A stretch of DNA of 62,342 bases, filler included, from Sphacelaria rigidula (lineage: Eukaryota): assembly GCA_964200075.2 (NCBI GenBank). It is 8 parts of 8 records of this genome, joined end to end, with 100 filler letters (N's around TTAATTAATTAA, not from the genome) between each part and the next. Parts side by side here need not be neighbours in the genome. Positions count along the whole stretch, not along the records: positions 7,807 to 15,512 come from CAXNAA020013728.1; positions 15,613 to 23,318 come from CAXNAA020013729.1; positions 23,419 to 31,123 come from CAXNAA020013730.1; 5 more parts are not named here. One strand, given 5' to 3'. The notes under the pieces are model-generated. The model was not told where the DNA came from. It worked only from the letters and a program-made list of their open reading frames with translations, and did no database searches. Below are positions 12,800 through 24,020 of this stretch, in pieces; position 1 is the first letter of the stretch; each line of letters opens with the position of its first letter. A program made the position numbers and the translations under genes.

Positions 12800-14661
12800 G
12801 TTATTTCATACTGGATGGATCGCCTCATGTGGACGACATTAGCGAAAACGATCCCAAGCGAGGGAGTCCTCAGTTGCCCGTGTGCTTGGCTTTTGTCATT
12901 TCGAACATATGTCGGTTTTTCCTCCTCAAACCAGCCGCATTCCCTGGGGGGGGGGGGGGCTATCCCGGCGTCGCTCTCCTGTAGTTCGCTGCTCGCGCCA
13001 CAGCGGAAATTAACGTAAAGGCAACGTACACTGTTTTTCAAGTACTACGACGAGTGGATAGGTGGCCCAATGATCGGACTGTCACTAATAGGGCGGAGAG
13101 AACGGGAGTCCGATTCCCGGTGCGTTGGATTTTTTCTTCGAAGCATCTGATTCCCACCGTCGAAAAGCGTAAATACGTGAGTACGCAGGAAGTAGTTGAC
13201 TGAGTTTGTTTGGCGAGAGCTGACGCGGTGCGGGAGTGATGACCCATTCCGCGAGACCAAAATGCAAGGCGTGTACCGGGGAGAGATAGATGGATTGATC
13301 CCCTGAGACCACGGGTTCGTCTCGAGAATGGAATATGGCTGCAAAATCCGACACATGAAAAGAAAGAAAAATGATGAAAAACAGTAGATGATTCACGGGA
13401 AACGTCACGTGTCACAAGTTTCGAAGTATCTCTTCTTTTTGGTCTCGTTTCCCGTGGCTGTGGTGGAAATAAAATCATCGGGAGAAATCGGTCCTGCCAC
13501 GCAACAACGGTGCCACTTTCCAAGGCACAGGCTAGACAAGAACCACGCCAGCTCCCCACGCCCCTAGAGTTGGTCGTTAGGGAGGGACCGTCTCCCGTTG
13601 TTGTTCGATCAGTTTTTTTTTCTTTTTTGCACTTACGTTCTTACGCAAAGTGGTCGACAATATCCTGGTTGAACATACTTTGTAGTCGCCAACCCCTGAC
13701 GCTAACCGTAACCCTAACTCGAACCCTGTACCACACAGCCAACGAGGAGAATTTTCGAGTCTCCTCGGTAAGGGGGGCGGATATGATGTCCTGAGGTGGG
13801 GTCGGGCTCGGCAGAGCTCAAATCGGCGACGTAGTGGGGCGTTTTGAGCTTAAATGCATCGTGCGCACGGTTCGCGAGCACCTGAGACTGTCAGCCCCCC
13901 CCCCCGAAACAAAAATCCAAATGAGGCAGTCTACACTGAGATCAAGTAATTTTTCAACCATGGCTTTTTTTCGACCAATTATCGTAAACTCTACCGCATT
14001 TTTTTCCTGTTTTTGTTTTTATCAGTTACTGCCGTCCCCGCTCCCGCCCGCTGCTCCGTACCCGCACGTCTAGGCTGAAGGCATTCTGAGAGGCCTCGAA
14101 CGTGAAGCCAAAGCGGTGGAGCACGCGCTCTCCAGGGTCGGCTACACGAAGTTCCGCCAGAGAGTGAGTGCTCCTGCAGTGTCGTTGTCCGTGTCTTTTG
14201 TGTTTTGTTCTGTGCGTCTGTTGTGACTCTAATTCCTCTGCGCGTTCTGATGTGCGTTGGCTACACTGTACCCTTTGCGGGATGATGGTCAAGCTACTCT
14301 CGGATTCGAGTGTCTGATGTGAAAATCGTGCAAAGATGACGAGTAAGGTGAATCACCATCCCTGATTTCGACCCCACTACACCTACGATTTCTGAGGCCT
14401 GATTTCTCGTGCGAGACAAAAAAAAAACGCCATTAAAGTTGGCATCGTGTTTGCGCAATTTCACGCGCTGCCTTGATTGCCTGGCTGCGCGTACGTACGT
14501 ACCTGGGGTGCAACGCTGAAAACGAAGCCCATAAAAGGATTGGTTTCGTACGGTAAAAAAACAAAAAAAGGAAAAAGAAAACAAAAACAAACGAATCAAA
14601 GACAAGACAAGAGGAACAAAAAAAACTCCGGAGTAACAAGAAATGGGTGGCCTCTGCAGCA

Positions 14662-14699
14662 AGGGTGAGGGTTAGGGTTAGGGTTAGGGTTAGGATTAG
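14662..14699 (+). repeat. Short interstitial (TTAGGG)n telomere-like tract
   Basis: agggtgagggttagggttagggttagggttaggattag. Confidence 0.75.
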
Positions 14700-14928
14700 T
14701 TTTTTCCCTGCGTACAACACCACAGCGCGTGGCACACCACTCGCGAGGGGGACGGAAACTCTCCGAACACATCCTTCACTTGCACACGGATACTAGCCAG
14801 GGTAGGATCTAACTATGCCTGTGGCGGGGGTACGGGTACGTCAAACCTCGGGGAAGAACCTTGAGAACGCGATTTCTTCTTTGCTCTGCAGTTAGTAAAC
14901 ACCAGGACTTCGTCATAGGAGGTCTGAA

Positions 14929-15191
14929 GAGTGATGCTACGGTAGGGGTGCACAAATATTTTCTGAGGTTATAATTGTTAGGAGCCCTTCATCTCATCCA
15001 AAACACGACTCATGAAACATGTGAGAGTACGTACACCAGGATTACTATTTCAATATGCCAGGGATAATCCGAATGAATTTTGCAAACGGGGATGCCCTGA
15101 CCCATATTCTTGTGCATCTACGGAATCGTTAGGAGCCCCTAAACCAGACCAGATTCCGCGCAAAAAGTGCATCCCTACGGTAGCATAGCTC
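14929..15191. mobile_element. MITE with GAG...CTC termini (family also at 29701-29928 in opposite orientation, truncated at 31068-31123, fragment at ~23599)
   Basis: TIR GAG..ATGCTAC.GTAGGG.TGCAC. Interior of 29701-29928 matches the reverse complement of this copy. Confidence 0.8.
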
Positions 15192-15469
15192 TGGAAAGCG
15201 CTATACTGTATGTGCATGAAAAAGAATTTCGAGGCGCATATGGTTGTCTCGAGGAGTGACGACGTCTGAAGAAAAAACGTTCGTCACTTCGACGCAAGCT
15301 CAGCTCACTCTGGGGTACCTCCGATTCGAAGTCGACGAAAGGGCGCCGGACAAGGACCGTTCTTAACCATGGGCGTACTCTTTCTTGAGACACATTCCGT
15401 GCATTTTCCCCATCATTTTTTCCCTGAAAAATGGAGAAACGGTCTGCTTCATGCTATTATAGACGGTGT

Positions 15470-15512
15470 GTTGTGTGTGTTGTCGTCCCATTTATTCTGG
15501 GCGCCAGTCTAC
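15470..15512 (-). mobile_element. 3' end of tRNA-derived SINE, truncated by block end
   Basis: gtgtgttgtcgtcccatttattctgggcgccagtctac matches the SINE tail at 55709-55770. Confidence 0.75.
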
Positions 15513-16684
15513 NNNNNNNNNNNNNNNNNNNNNNNNNNNNNNNNNNNNNNNNNNNNTTAATTAATTAANNNNNNNNNNNNNNNNNNNNNNNNNNNNNNNN
15601 NNNNNNNNNNNNAAACAGTTCGCAAGTTGGGTTGCCCACTTGAGCCTCAATTCAGAGTTAAACCTCAATTCTCACAATTTGCTGTTCTTACATGTTTCTC
15701 TGAGATCGCTCATTTCTCTGGAAGATCGGTTGAGTCCACACAAATCTCGGCAATTTTTGTGGACTGGAGAGGTCTCCAAGAAAACTGCAAGTTTGGACTA
15801 GAAAAAGCCTGCGGCTGTCGAGAAAACGCACAGTTGTATTGGAATCGCATCAACGAGTACGGACAGGCATTCTTAAGGGTCACAATCCACCCACTACGGT
15901 GGCGTATAGTTAGTGAAGGCTCGACATCAAATTTCCATTTTTCGGGCGACGTGGACATTTTATAGCGTCAAGGAACCGCATCAATAAGGGTGTCACGCAG
16001 GAGCAGAAAGCACGACAAAAAACATGAACACGACGAAAGTGTGTTCGTTTCTTGATGCAATCAACTCAACTCTACAAGAGATTCAATCCGTCCACATGAC
16101 CCCCGTTCTCCTGAAACTCCCAAGTAACCATGGATTGAGGTCGGAAGCTCTCTGGGGTAGGGCCGGAAGTTAGGTATCCAGAGGTTCGAGTATGTAGCAC
16201 CCCGCGTAGTTCATAGTCCCCCATCTTGTTCCCACCTAGACTCCCCCGACATCCAGACCCAGACACGATATACTTGATGGGCCGGTAGCCGGCAAAACTT
16301 GCGCCACACGGCCGAGGAGGAAATCAATCGACATCAACATGATGAGGCCTTCATGTGAAACGAACTTTCCCTCTCTCCCTCATCCTGACTCTCGTTCAGA
16401 TATTCCCTTCAAAACTTGCAAACACCCATTACCGGTCAACCTTCCCCCTCTCATTTTCATCTCTCCCTGGTGAGTTTGGATCATTCATCAACATGTCCGT
16501 ATCTCTGTTGTACTCCCTTTTCTTTTCTCACCCTTGTAAGATGATCGAAATGTGTATACGCACTGTTTCGTGGTTCACGGAGAAGATAATACTCTACCCG
16601 ACTCTCGTGCACAGAGACGTCACTCATACTATCCCTCCGCCGAATATTACGCGAAAAAAAGCGTGCATCCGTCCTCTCATCAAC

Positions 16685-19135
16685 CTAGCTCCCTCTCGTG
16701 GGGAGAAAGGCCGGGGTCACGTGGCGAGAGGGGGCAGACACATCCCACTCCAACTTCACGTCGGTTCCCAATTTTTCAGATATCGCGCCAAACCCCGATG
16801 GCATATCAAGTGCCGACTTCACCGGCGCCGTCCGGCGTAGCCGCTTTATGTTCCTGTCATTGGTGATGCTACAACCGCATCTCTCGTTTCCGGTAGGGCT
16901 GCTGGAGCCGCCATGAGCCATGCTGTTGTAGATGCTGGATCGCCCAGTATCCAATTCGCTGGTTCGTATGCCATTTTCGACTCGCGCAGGCGCGACAGTC
17001 GTCTCCATCTTTAGTTTCATGCTCATCTCTACCTCACCTAAGGGAGCCCTATCTGCTGCCGTCGCGCCGTAGGACTGTCCTGGGGCGGCAGACGATGTGG
17101 TCGTAGTATTCGTTCCCTGTCGCCTAGCACGGATGACACACCAGCAGGGACGCGAATCAGCGTGATGGCTACTGTCGCTCGTGATGGGACCGACCGTTGA
17201 TGGGTGACTGACATTCTCATCCCGTCCATCAGTACCGACACCAGTCTTCCCTACGTCCAAGTCATAGTTTGGGCGTTTCTTCTCTCGCACATGGCCTGCG
17301 GCATCAGACGCCGTAGTCGGGTCATGTGCAGCGCAAACCAACGCCGTGTTGGCACTGACTGCACCGAAAGATGAGTGTGCGGAGCAACTCTCCTCGCCGC
17401 ACTGCCTGCTCACTACTTCGACCATGCTCACCCGTTCGTATGTAACGCAGTATTTCGCCCTTCTGCCACCGACTGTACCGAACGATGGGTGTGTGGAGCA
17501 GCCCTCCTCGCCGCACCGCCTGTTCACTACTTCGACCATGCCCGCCCGGGCGTGTGCGGCGCAGTACTCCGCCTCCCTCCCGCCGGATACACCGAACGAT
17601 GGTCGTTTTGAGCAGCTTTCCTCGCCGCACCGCGTGCCTACGACATTGATCATGCCTGCTCGGGCGTGTGCGGCGCAGTACTCCGCCTTCCTCCCAACGG
17701 CTGCACCAAACGATGGTTGTGTGGGGCAGCCCTCCTCGCCGCACCGTCTGCGGCTAATATCGACCATACCCGCTCGGGCGTGTGCGGCGCAGAACGCCGC
17801 TTTCCTGCCACCGACCGCACCTAACGAAGATTGTTTGGAGCAGCCCTCCTCACCGCACCGCCTGCTCACGACATTGATCATGCCCACTCGGGCGTGTGCG
17901 GCGCAGTACTCCGCCTTCCTGCCACCGGCTACACCGAACGATGGTTGTGTGAAGCAGCCCTCCTCGCCGCACTGCTTGCTCCTCACATCGACCATGCCCG
18001 CGCGGGCGTGTGCGGCGCAGAACGCCGCTTTCCTGCCACCGACCGCACCGAATGAAGGTCGTTTGGAGCAGCCCTCCTCACCGCACCGCAAGCCGACGAC
18101 ATTGATCATGCCCGCTCGGGCGTGTGCGGCGCAGAACTCCGCCTTCCTGCCAACGGCTGCACCGAACGATGGGTGTGTGGAGCAGCCCTCCTCGCCGCAC
18201 CGCCTGCGGCTAATATCGACCATATCCGCGCGGGCGTGTGCGGCGCAAAACTCCGCCTTCCTGCCACCGACCGCACCGAACGAAGATGGTTTGGAGCAGC
18301 CCTCCTCACCGCACCGCCTGTTCACGACATTGATCATGCCCGCTCGGGCGTGTGCGGCGCAGTACTCCGCCTTCCTGCTGCCGACTGCACCGAACGACGG
18401 GTGCTTGGAGCAACGCGTCTCGCCGCACCGCTTGCTCTTCACATCGACCATGCCCGCTCGGGCGTGTGCGGCGCAGTACGCCGCTTTCCTGCCACCGGCC
18501 GCACCGAACGACGGGTGCTTGGAGCAACCCTCCTCGCCGCACCGCCTGCTCACGACATTGATCATGCCCGCTCGGGCGTGTGCGGCACAGAACGCCGCTT
18601 TCCTGCCACCGACCGCACCGAACGAAGCTTGTTTGGAGCAACCCTCCTCACCGCACCGCCTGCTCACGACATTTATCATGCCCGCTCGGGCGTGTGCGGC
18701 GCAGTACTCCGCCTTCCTGCCAACGGCTGCACCGAACGATGGTTGTGTGGGGCAGCCCTCCTCGCCGCACCGTCTGCGGCTAATATCGACCGTACCCGCG
18801 CGGGCGTGTGCGGCGCAGAACTCCGCTTTCCTGCCAACGGCTGCACCGAACGATGGGTGATTGGAGCAGCTCTCCTCGCCGCACCGCCTGTGTACTACAT
18901 CGACCATTCTCGCTCGGGCATGTGCGGCGCAGTACTCCGCCTTCCTGCCAGCGGCTGTACCGGATGATGGTTGTTTGAAGCAGCCCTCTTCGCCGCACCC
19001 ACTCCTTATTGCATCAACCATACTTGCTCCTGCGTGTGTGGCGCGGAACGCCGCCTTCCTGCTACTGACTGCACCGGACGATGGCTTTGTGGAGCAGCCC
19101 TGCTCGCCAGACCACCTGCTTACTACATCTACCAT
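16685..19135 (-). CDS. EsV-1-7 cysteine-rich repeat protein, 816 aa, 16 tandem 38-aa repeats plus ~210-aa C-terminal tail
   Basis: Uninterrupted ORF. Repeat consensus MVDVVSRR-C-GEEG-C-SKQPSFGAVGGRKAEY-C-AA-H-ARAG = C-X4-C-X16-C-X2-H-X12, the motif of the brown-algal/phaeovirus EsV-1-7 family that includes Ectocarpus IMMEDIATE UPRIGHT. True start uncertain. Confidence 0.9.
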   Translation of the reverse strand: MVDVVSRWSGEQGCSTKPSSGAVSSRKAAFRATHAGASMVDAIRSGCGEEGCFKQPSSGTAAGRKAEYCAAHARARMVDVVHRRCGEESCSNHPSFGAAVGRKAEFCAAHARAGTVDISRRRCGEEGCPTQPSFGAAVGRKAEYCAAHARAGMINVVSRRCGEEGCSKQASFGAVGGRKAAFCAAHARAGMINVVSRRCGEEGCSKHPSFGAAGGRKAAYCAAHARAGMVDVKSKRCGETRCSKHPSFGAVGSRKAEYCAAHARAGMINVVNRRCGEEGCSKPSSFGAVGGRKAEFCAAHARADMVDISRRRCGEEGCSTHPSFGAAVGRKAEFCAAHARAGMINVVGLRCGEEGCSKRPSFGAVGGRKAAFCAAHARAGMVDVRSKQCGEEGCFTQPSFGVAGGRKAEYCAAHARVGMINVVSRRCGEEGCSKQSSLGAVGGRKAAFCAAHARAGMVDISRRRCGEEGCPTQPSFGAAVGRKAEYCAAHARAGMINVVGTRCGEESCSKRPSFGVSGGREAEYCAAHARAGMVEVVNRRCGEEGCSTHPSFGTVGGRRAKYCVTYERVSMVEVVSRQCGEESCSAHSSFGAVSANTALVCAAHDPTTASDAAGHVREKKRPNYDLDVGKTGVGTDGRDENVSHPSTVGPITSDSSHHADSRPCWCVIRARRQGTNTTTTSSAAPGQSYGATAADRAPLGEVEMSMKLKMETTVAPARVENGIRTSELDTGRSSIYNSMAHGGSSSPTGNERCGCSITNDRNIKRLRRTAPVKSALDMPSGFGAISEKLGTDVKLEWDVSAPSRHVTPAFLPTRGS
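17324..19135 (-). repeat. 114-bp coding tandem array, 16 units
   Basis: Exact 114-bp period (e.g. ATG of unit 7 at 18451, unit 15 at 17539). Terminal units are degenerate. Confidence 0.95.
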
Positions 19136-21169
19136 GCCCGCTCACAGGCGCAGAATTCCACTTTCATACTACATGCTCCAGCATATGGTGCTGTCGTTGT
19201 TCAACTCCTATAGGTGCATCCAATAGGCATCCTCCCCAAGGCAACAATAGAGAAGGGGTTAGGGCTGCGGTGGTCTCACTGCTGCTGCTGCGATCCGAAC
19301 CGTCTCAAATCCAACAGCAGCCTGCGCCAATTACCTTGCGAAAATAACCTGAGGTCGTGCACATGTGAATAATGGGTAAACGGTGATCATGGTATCCTGG
19401 TCGCAAATGGTTATTTGGACTAGAAGGGCTGACAAGCCAACCGTGGAGTCATCAGGTGACAAGGATCGCCGCTGTAGCAGGATCAATACAGGAGAGAGAG
19501 CATTGCATTGAAAAAAAGCCTAGTGCCGATACCGTGATTGCAGCGCGGTGGGACGACTGAAGCAAACGAAGCCATATTGCAGTGCGTCGGGACGACTGGA
19601 ACAAAGCGAGAGGCGTTGAAAGTGCCGAGGTCGCATTGTACACCTCGGCACTTTCAATTGTACACCTCGCATTCGGGGAATACATAGGCGAGACAGTCCC
19701 TTCATGTCAGTGATATCATATCCCCCAGCACCAAACTTTTGACGCCGAAAGCCCGTACCAGTCAGGTCATCATGTAGAGGTGGGCCGTATACGCCGATTC
19801 ATCGCGTGTTCAGCATACTGTCGCACGCTGTTGGTAGATATCACCCTATCTGTGTGGGTACGCAGAGGGTGGTCCACACTGGATGTGGTGGATGTGAACA
19901 CTGTCCGGGGAATTGTTCATGCTACTGCACTCGTTTCATGGCCCTCGCAAGGCGGCATGATAACAGCGAGTTGTGCTCACATCAATCGGTTCTGGCGTCA
20001 TCTGTATCGAAACGCCAGATACCTCTTAAAGGACGGAGGTATGCAGAAATGCACCCCTTAACAAAGTTGCTGTTACTTCTGTTGCTGACCCCTTGCCCGG
20101 AGAATGCAAGCACTGATACCTGTATCTCTTTGGCTGGGCGAACTGACGTCAAAGTAGCTCGCGTAATGTTGGGGTCGGATATATTCTTATACAACACCTC
20201 AAAACAGCAACGAGGATTAAAAAAACAACACATGCTCTCATCAAACGGCGTCCAACGGCACAAGTCATTCCCATGACACAAGACAGAGGTTGTCGATGGG
20301 CCATACGATGAATCTGCGGAGCTGTGCATCTACAAGGGCTGAAGGACCTGTGGCCCGTGCGTCAACCTCCCACGTGGTGCAGATGAGATGCACAGGACTT
20401 GATGTATCGGCATCAGGACTGCTCCGGGGTCAGAGTCATAGCGTGTGGATGCGCGAAGCACAAACAACCTAGCCGTGTCTTGGCTGCTTTGAATGACAAC
20501 ACTCCAGCGTAGTGTAATTATTTCGAGGGGAAGCTCGAAAGAGCATGCATCACGGAAACGCAAGCAATCGGCGGCTCCCCCATTTTGAGTACAGTACGAG
20601 CGACGCCCAGGGCGATAGAACATCGCTCGGAAGTGAGTGCAAGGCAAAAGACAACATGGTGGATACCATCTGTTATAACACAGGAGTGAATGACAAAGTA
20701 CTTTGTGATCGTGGAGAGGTTTGTAGCGTAAAACATAACAGTGTGCCGAACGAGGTATGCCGTGTTGAAGAGGAGAAGACGACGAGACCACCAGATCAGC
20801 TCACAAGGAGTGGTCAACGCAACATGATTGGTTGAGCTACTCAGAGGGGCACGGACGGTAAAGGTGTACCTCGGTGGAAAAGAAATCCACGCGTCAGTAC
20901 GGATCTTGGAAAACGAACTGCAGAAGCAATCATCAACGTCATGCCACAAACGGCACAGCATACTTCGCGGTAGATATAGAGATATGTCCCCGGTATTCGC
21001 TGATGGGTGAGTTGAGATACAGAGTGGGAATGTTAGCAAGAGAGCAAACCAAGCAAGGCTTCACACCCTCGACCAAACAATATGTAGCATGTATTGCTGC
21101 TAAACATTCTGCGCGTCGGGTGGTCAATATATATTCGGCGAGCAATATGATGGCACGAAAGATAGATCA

Positions 21170-21200
<31 letters not shown>

Positions 21201-22652
21201 GCCATTAATGTGTCAAAGATTGCGATATGCCATATATATCGACCGAACCATAAATCTCTAAACGCGTCACCTCAACATATATTGGCCGAGTCATATGGTG
21301 GTGCGGTAAAGCGCCAACATATACTGTCGAGTAAATATTGGTTACCACGTGAGATCAGTTCATGTTGCGATTCAATATTCTCAACACCCGAAGCGCCAAT
21401 ATATATTGACCAAACATGTCGTGCGTCAATGCGTCCGATATATATCGGGCGAGCGATACACGAGGGAACCGACCGTCACAGTACATATTGGTGTGGCAAT
21501 ATATAGATTTATCATTCAATATGCATATTGGCAAGTTGATTGGTTGATTGATTGATTGATTATCTCACATGAGCTGATTGCAACAATCCAGCCGGTGGTC
21601 AGGGGCAGCAGAAAAAGTATAGAGGAATTACTCGAATGTTTTGTTCCCAGAGCAAAAGCATGTACAATGTATAGTCATGACTACTTCACGATCATGATAC
21701 CACGAATATATGTTGTTGCTTCAACTTCCCCGAGGGACATCTCAACACAATCCATTTTGGAAAAACAATCTTTGCGCCGTCTCCAATCCAAAATTTCGAA
21801 ATCTCTAGCATCAAATGTTGGTATGATATTGGAACATACTTCGAATTATGATTCTATTCAGGGTACTGTATTGGCAACACAGCACCGGAGACCAGGGGGG
21901 TACCAACATGCGCATTCGACCCGCGTTTTCTGCCGCCGTGGTGCTTAGCCAAGATATATCACACACGGTGAAGTGGATGGGCGGCACCGCACCGGCAACC
22001 AGACACGCATCTGGATCTTTCTCAAAGGGTACACTCTACTTGTAATATCCAATATATTTTGAACGACCAATACATTGACACCCCCTGACCCCAACATATA
22101 TTGACCGGTCAATATGTTCTCATCAATGCAACCCTAGTTCATGTATCGGTCGAGCGATATGCCGTCGCCCACGCTATATGTGTGCAATCGCACGGTACCA
22201 AGGTATAATAGGCGGGAAACATGCATGCAATTCCACGACACCGTTATACATTTTTTGGTAGCGAAATACGTGTACACTCCAAGGGTACCAATATATATTA
22301 TGCCGATCACTACATGGTGGAAGTACCTTGTATTGCCCAGAACACGGGATTTTCCAAATCGGGGATAGATTCTTTGGGGGGGATGAAAACCCGGAGGATT
22401 AACCCTTTTGGGACCGGACCCTCACTAACACAGGGTTGACAACCCTGTGCTAGTGAAATAATCAAAAACTAGTGGTAAGCCACGGCTGACGCACGTGGCA
22501 GTACCGCCGCAGGTACCAACGCCACTGTTCTCGCACGGATGGTGATTCAGAACGAAACTGCGAGAAGAGAAAACGACCTTAACCGTAACTAAAAAATACA
22601 AAGTATAAGCAAATATGGGCTTCCAGCCCCACAGCTAACGTGATGAGCGTTA

Positions 22653-22956
22653 GACAAGCGGCCATTTGGCTATCCCCAAAATTCCTCCAGGGCGGTAAAC
22701 GTTTCGAGCCTCCAGAGGAACTGAACGCCTCTGGAGGGGTGCGCGGCCCTTCAAAGGAATACTTTTTTGTTGTTTCCAGAGGGATTAAACGCACCGGGAC
22801 GCTTGTTTTTGCCTCCGTAGGGGTGCGCGGCCCTCCAGGCCGGTAGTGTTTGATTTCCTCCAGAGGGATTCAAGGCCTGCGGAGGCTTGTTTTGCCTCTG
22901 AAGGGCCGCGCATTCCCCCGGAGGCATTTTGGGGGGGAGCCAAATGGCTGCGTGTG
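22653..22956. mobile_element. CACAC-terminus MITE with 2-bp TSD (same family as 31451-31783)
   Basis: Ends gacaagcggccatttggct...agccaaatggctgcgtgtg, flanked by TA/TA. Internal CCTCCAGAGG/CCTCTGGAGG motifs. Confidence 0.75.
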
Positions 22957-23810
22957 TAGGGGTGCCAAAGGCGGGGGGAGTTGCTAGCCTACGAAAAGTG
23001 TCCGGGGTGTTTGGCGACACTCTACTAACCATCCTGAACCATCGCCCCTTTTCGTTTGTTTCTTGGGATACACTTGATCTTAGACTACATCCTTGACAGG
23101 GAGAAACCGTGCGTGAAGGTAACGCTATTCCTGTTCAGACGCCGAATATACATCCGCACCAGTGAGATATTCCGGGGAGTGATGCTGCGATAGGGTCTGC
23201 GCTTTTGCGGCGTGAGAGGAAATCGGGATTTAGGCATGTCGAATCACCTTTGACTCTCACCACAGTTCTAAGAGCCTCAGGGTGGAACATGCATCCATGA
23301 CCCATGAGATAATTCCAGNNNNNNNNNNNNNNNNNNNNNNNNNNNNNNNNNNNNNNNNNNNNTTAATTAATTAANNNNNNNNNNNNNNNNNNNNNNNNNN
23401 NNNNNNNNNNNNNNNNNNTGTTGTTCCTTCCTTCTGCCGTTCCGCGGCCCCTCCGGCCACTGCTTGGCGGAGGGCCGGGGGGGGGGGGGGGGGGGGGGTA
23501 TAAACCGTTTTCCAGTCTGTAGGGCCCCTTGGTTGACTGTATAGCAGCCGGGCATATGGAACATGACTACGTATATGTATATTTATTCCGAATCGTTCCA
23601 CGGTAGGGGTGCACACTTTTTTCTGAAGCCGTGCACTGTCGGAGCATCCCTTGCGAGTATGCAATAAACAATATTCAGTATTCCTCTCACCTGCTAACCT
23701 TTATGGCCCGGGTACAATGCGCATGATTCACAAGTCCGTAGGTTGTAGGTCGACTGTAGTAGCCGGACATATGGGACATGAAGTGCTGTACGTATGTTTT
23801 TTGGCACTCA

Positions 23811-24020
23811 TCATATCATGACAGAATTTTGTGACATGCGAAAAGTTGAGCGTCGGGTCAGGCTAGTACTACGATGAGGGAACACGTGGGGAGCCCTGGT
23901 TGGAATGCTTTCACTTCGTGTGCTTACTTTGAACAAGGCTCCCGACGTGGCCCCCCACCGAAGTACTAGCCTGGCCCGACGCTCAATTTTCGCATGTAAC
24001 AGAATTCTGACATGTTACGA
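23811..24020. mobile_element. Foldback (hairpin) MITE-like element
   Basis: catgacagaattttgtgacatgcgaaaagttgagcgtcgggtcaggctagtact pairs with agtactagcctggcccgacgctcaattttcgcatgtaacagaattctgacatg. Confidence 0.75.

Noticed and set aside
17346-18967. Long plus-strand ORFs (504 aa and 281 aa) over the EsV-1-7 array
   Set aside because: Antisense shadows of a GC-rich 114-bp coding repeat. The minus frame carries the conserved CCCH motif.
17324-19135. CRISPR-like regularly spaced repeats
   Set aside because: Whole 114-bp units are homologous with no unique spacers, the array is in-frame coding, the context is eukaryotic and no cas genes are present.
15613-23318. Endogenous phaeovirus insertion around the EsV-1-7 gene
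   Set aside because: No other viral genes or gene-dense intronless neighbours in the block. The flanks are host-type repeats.
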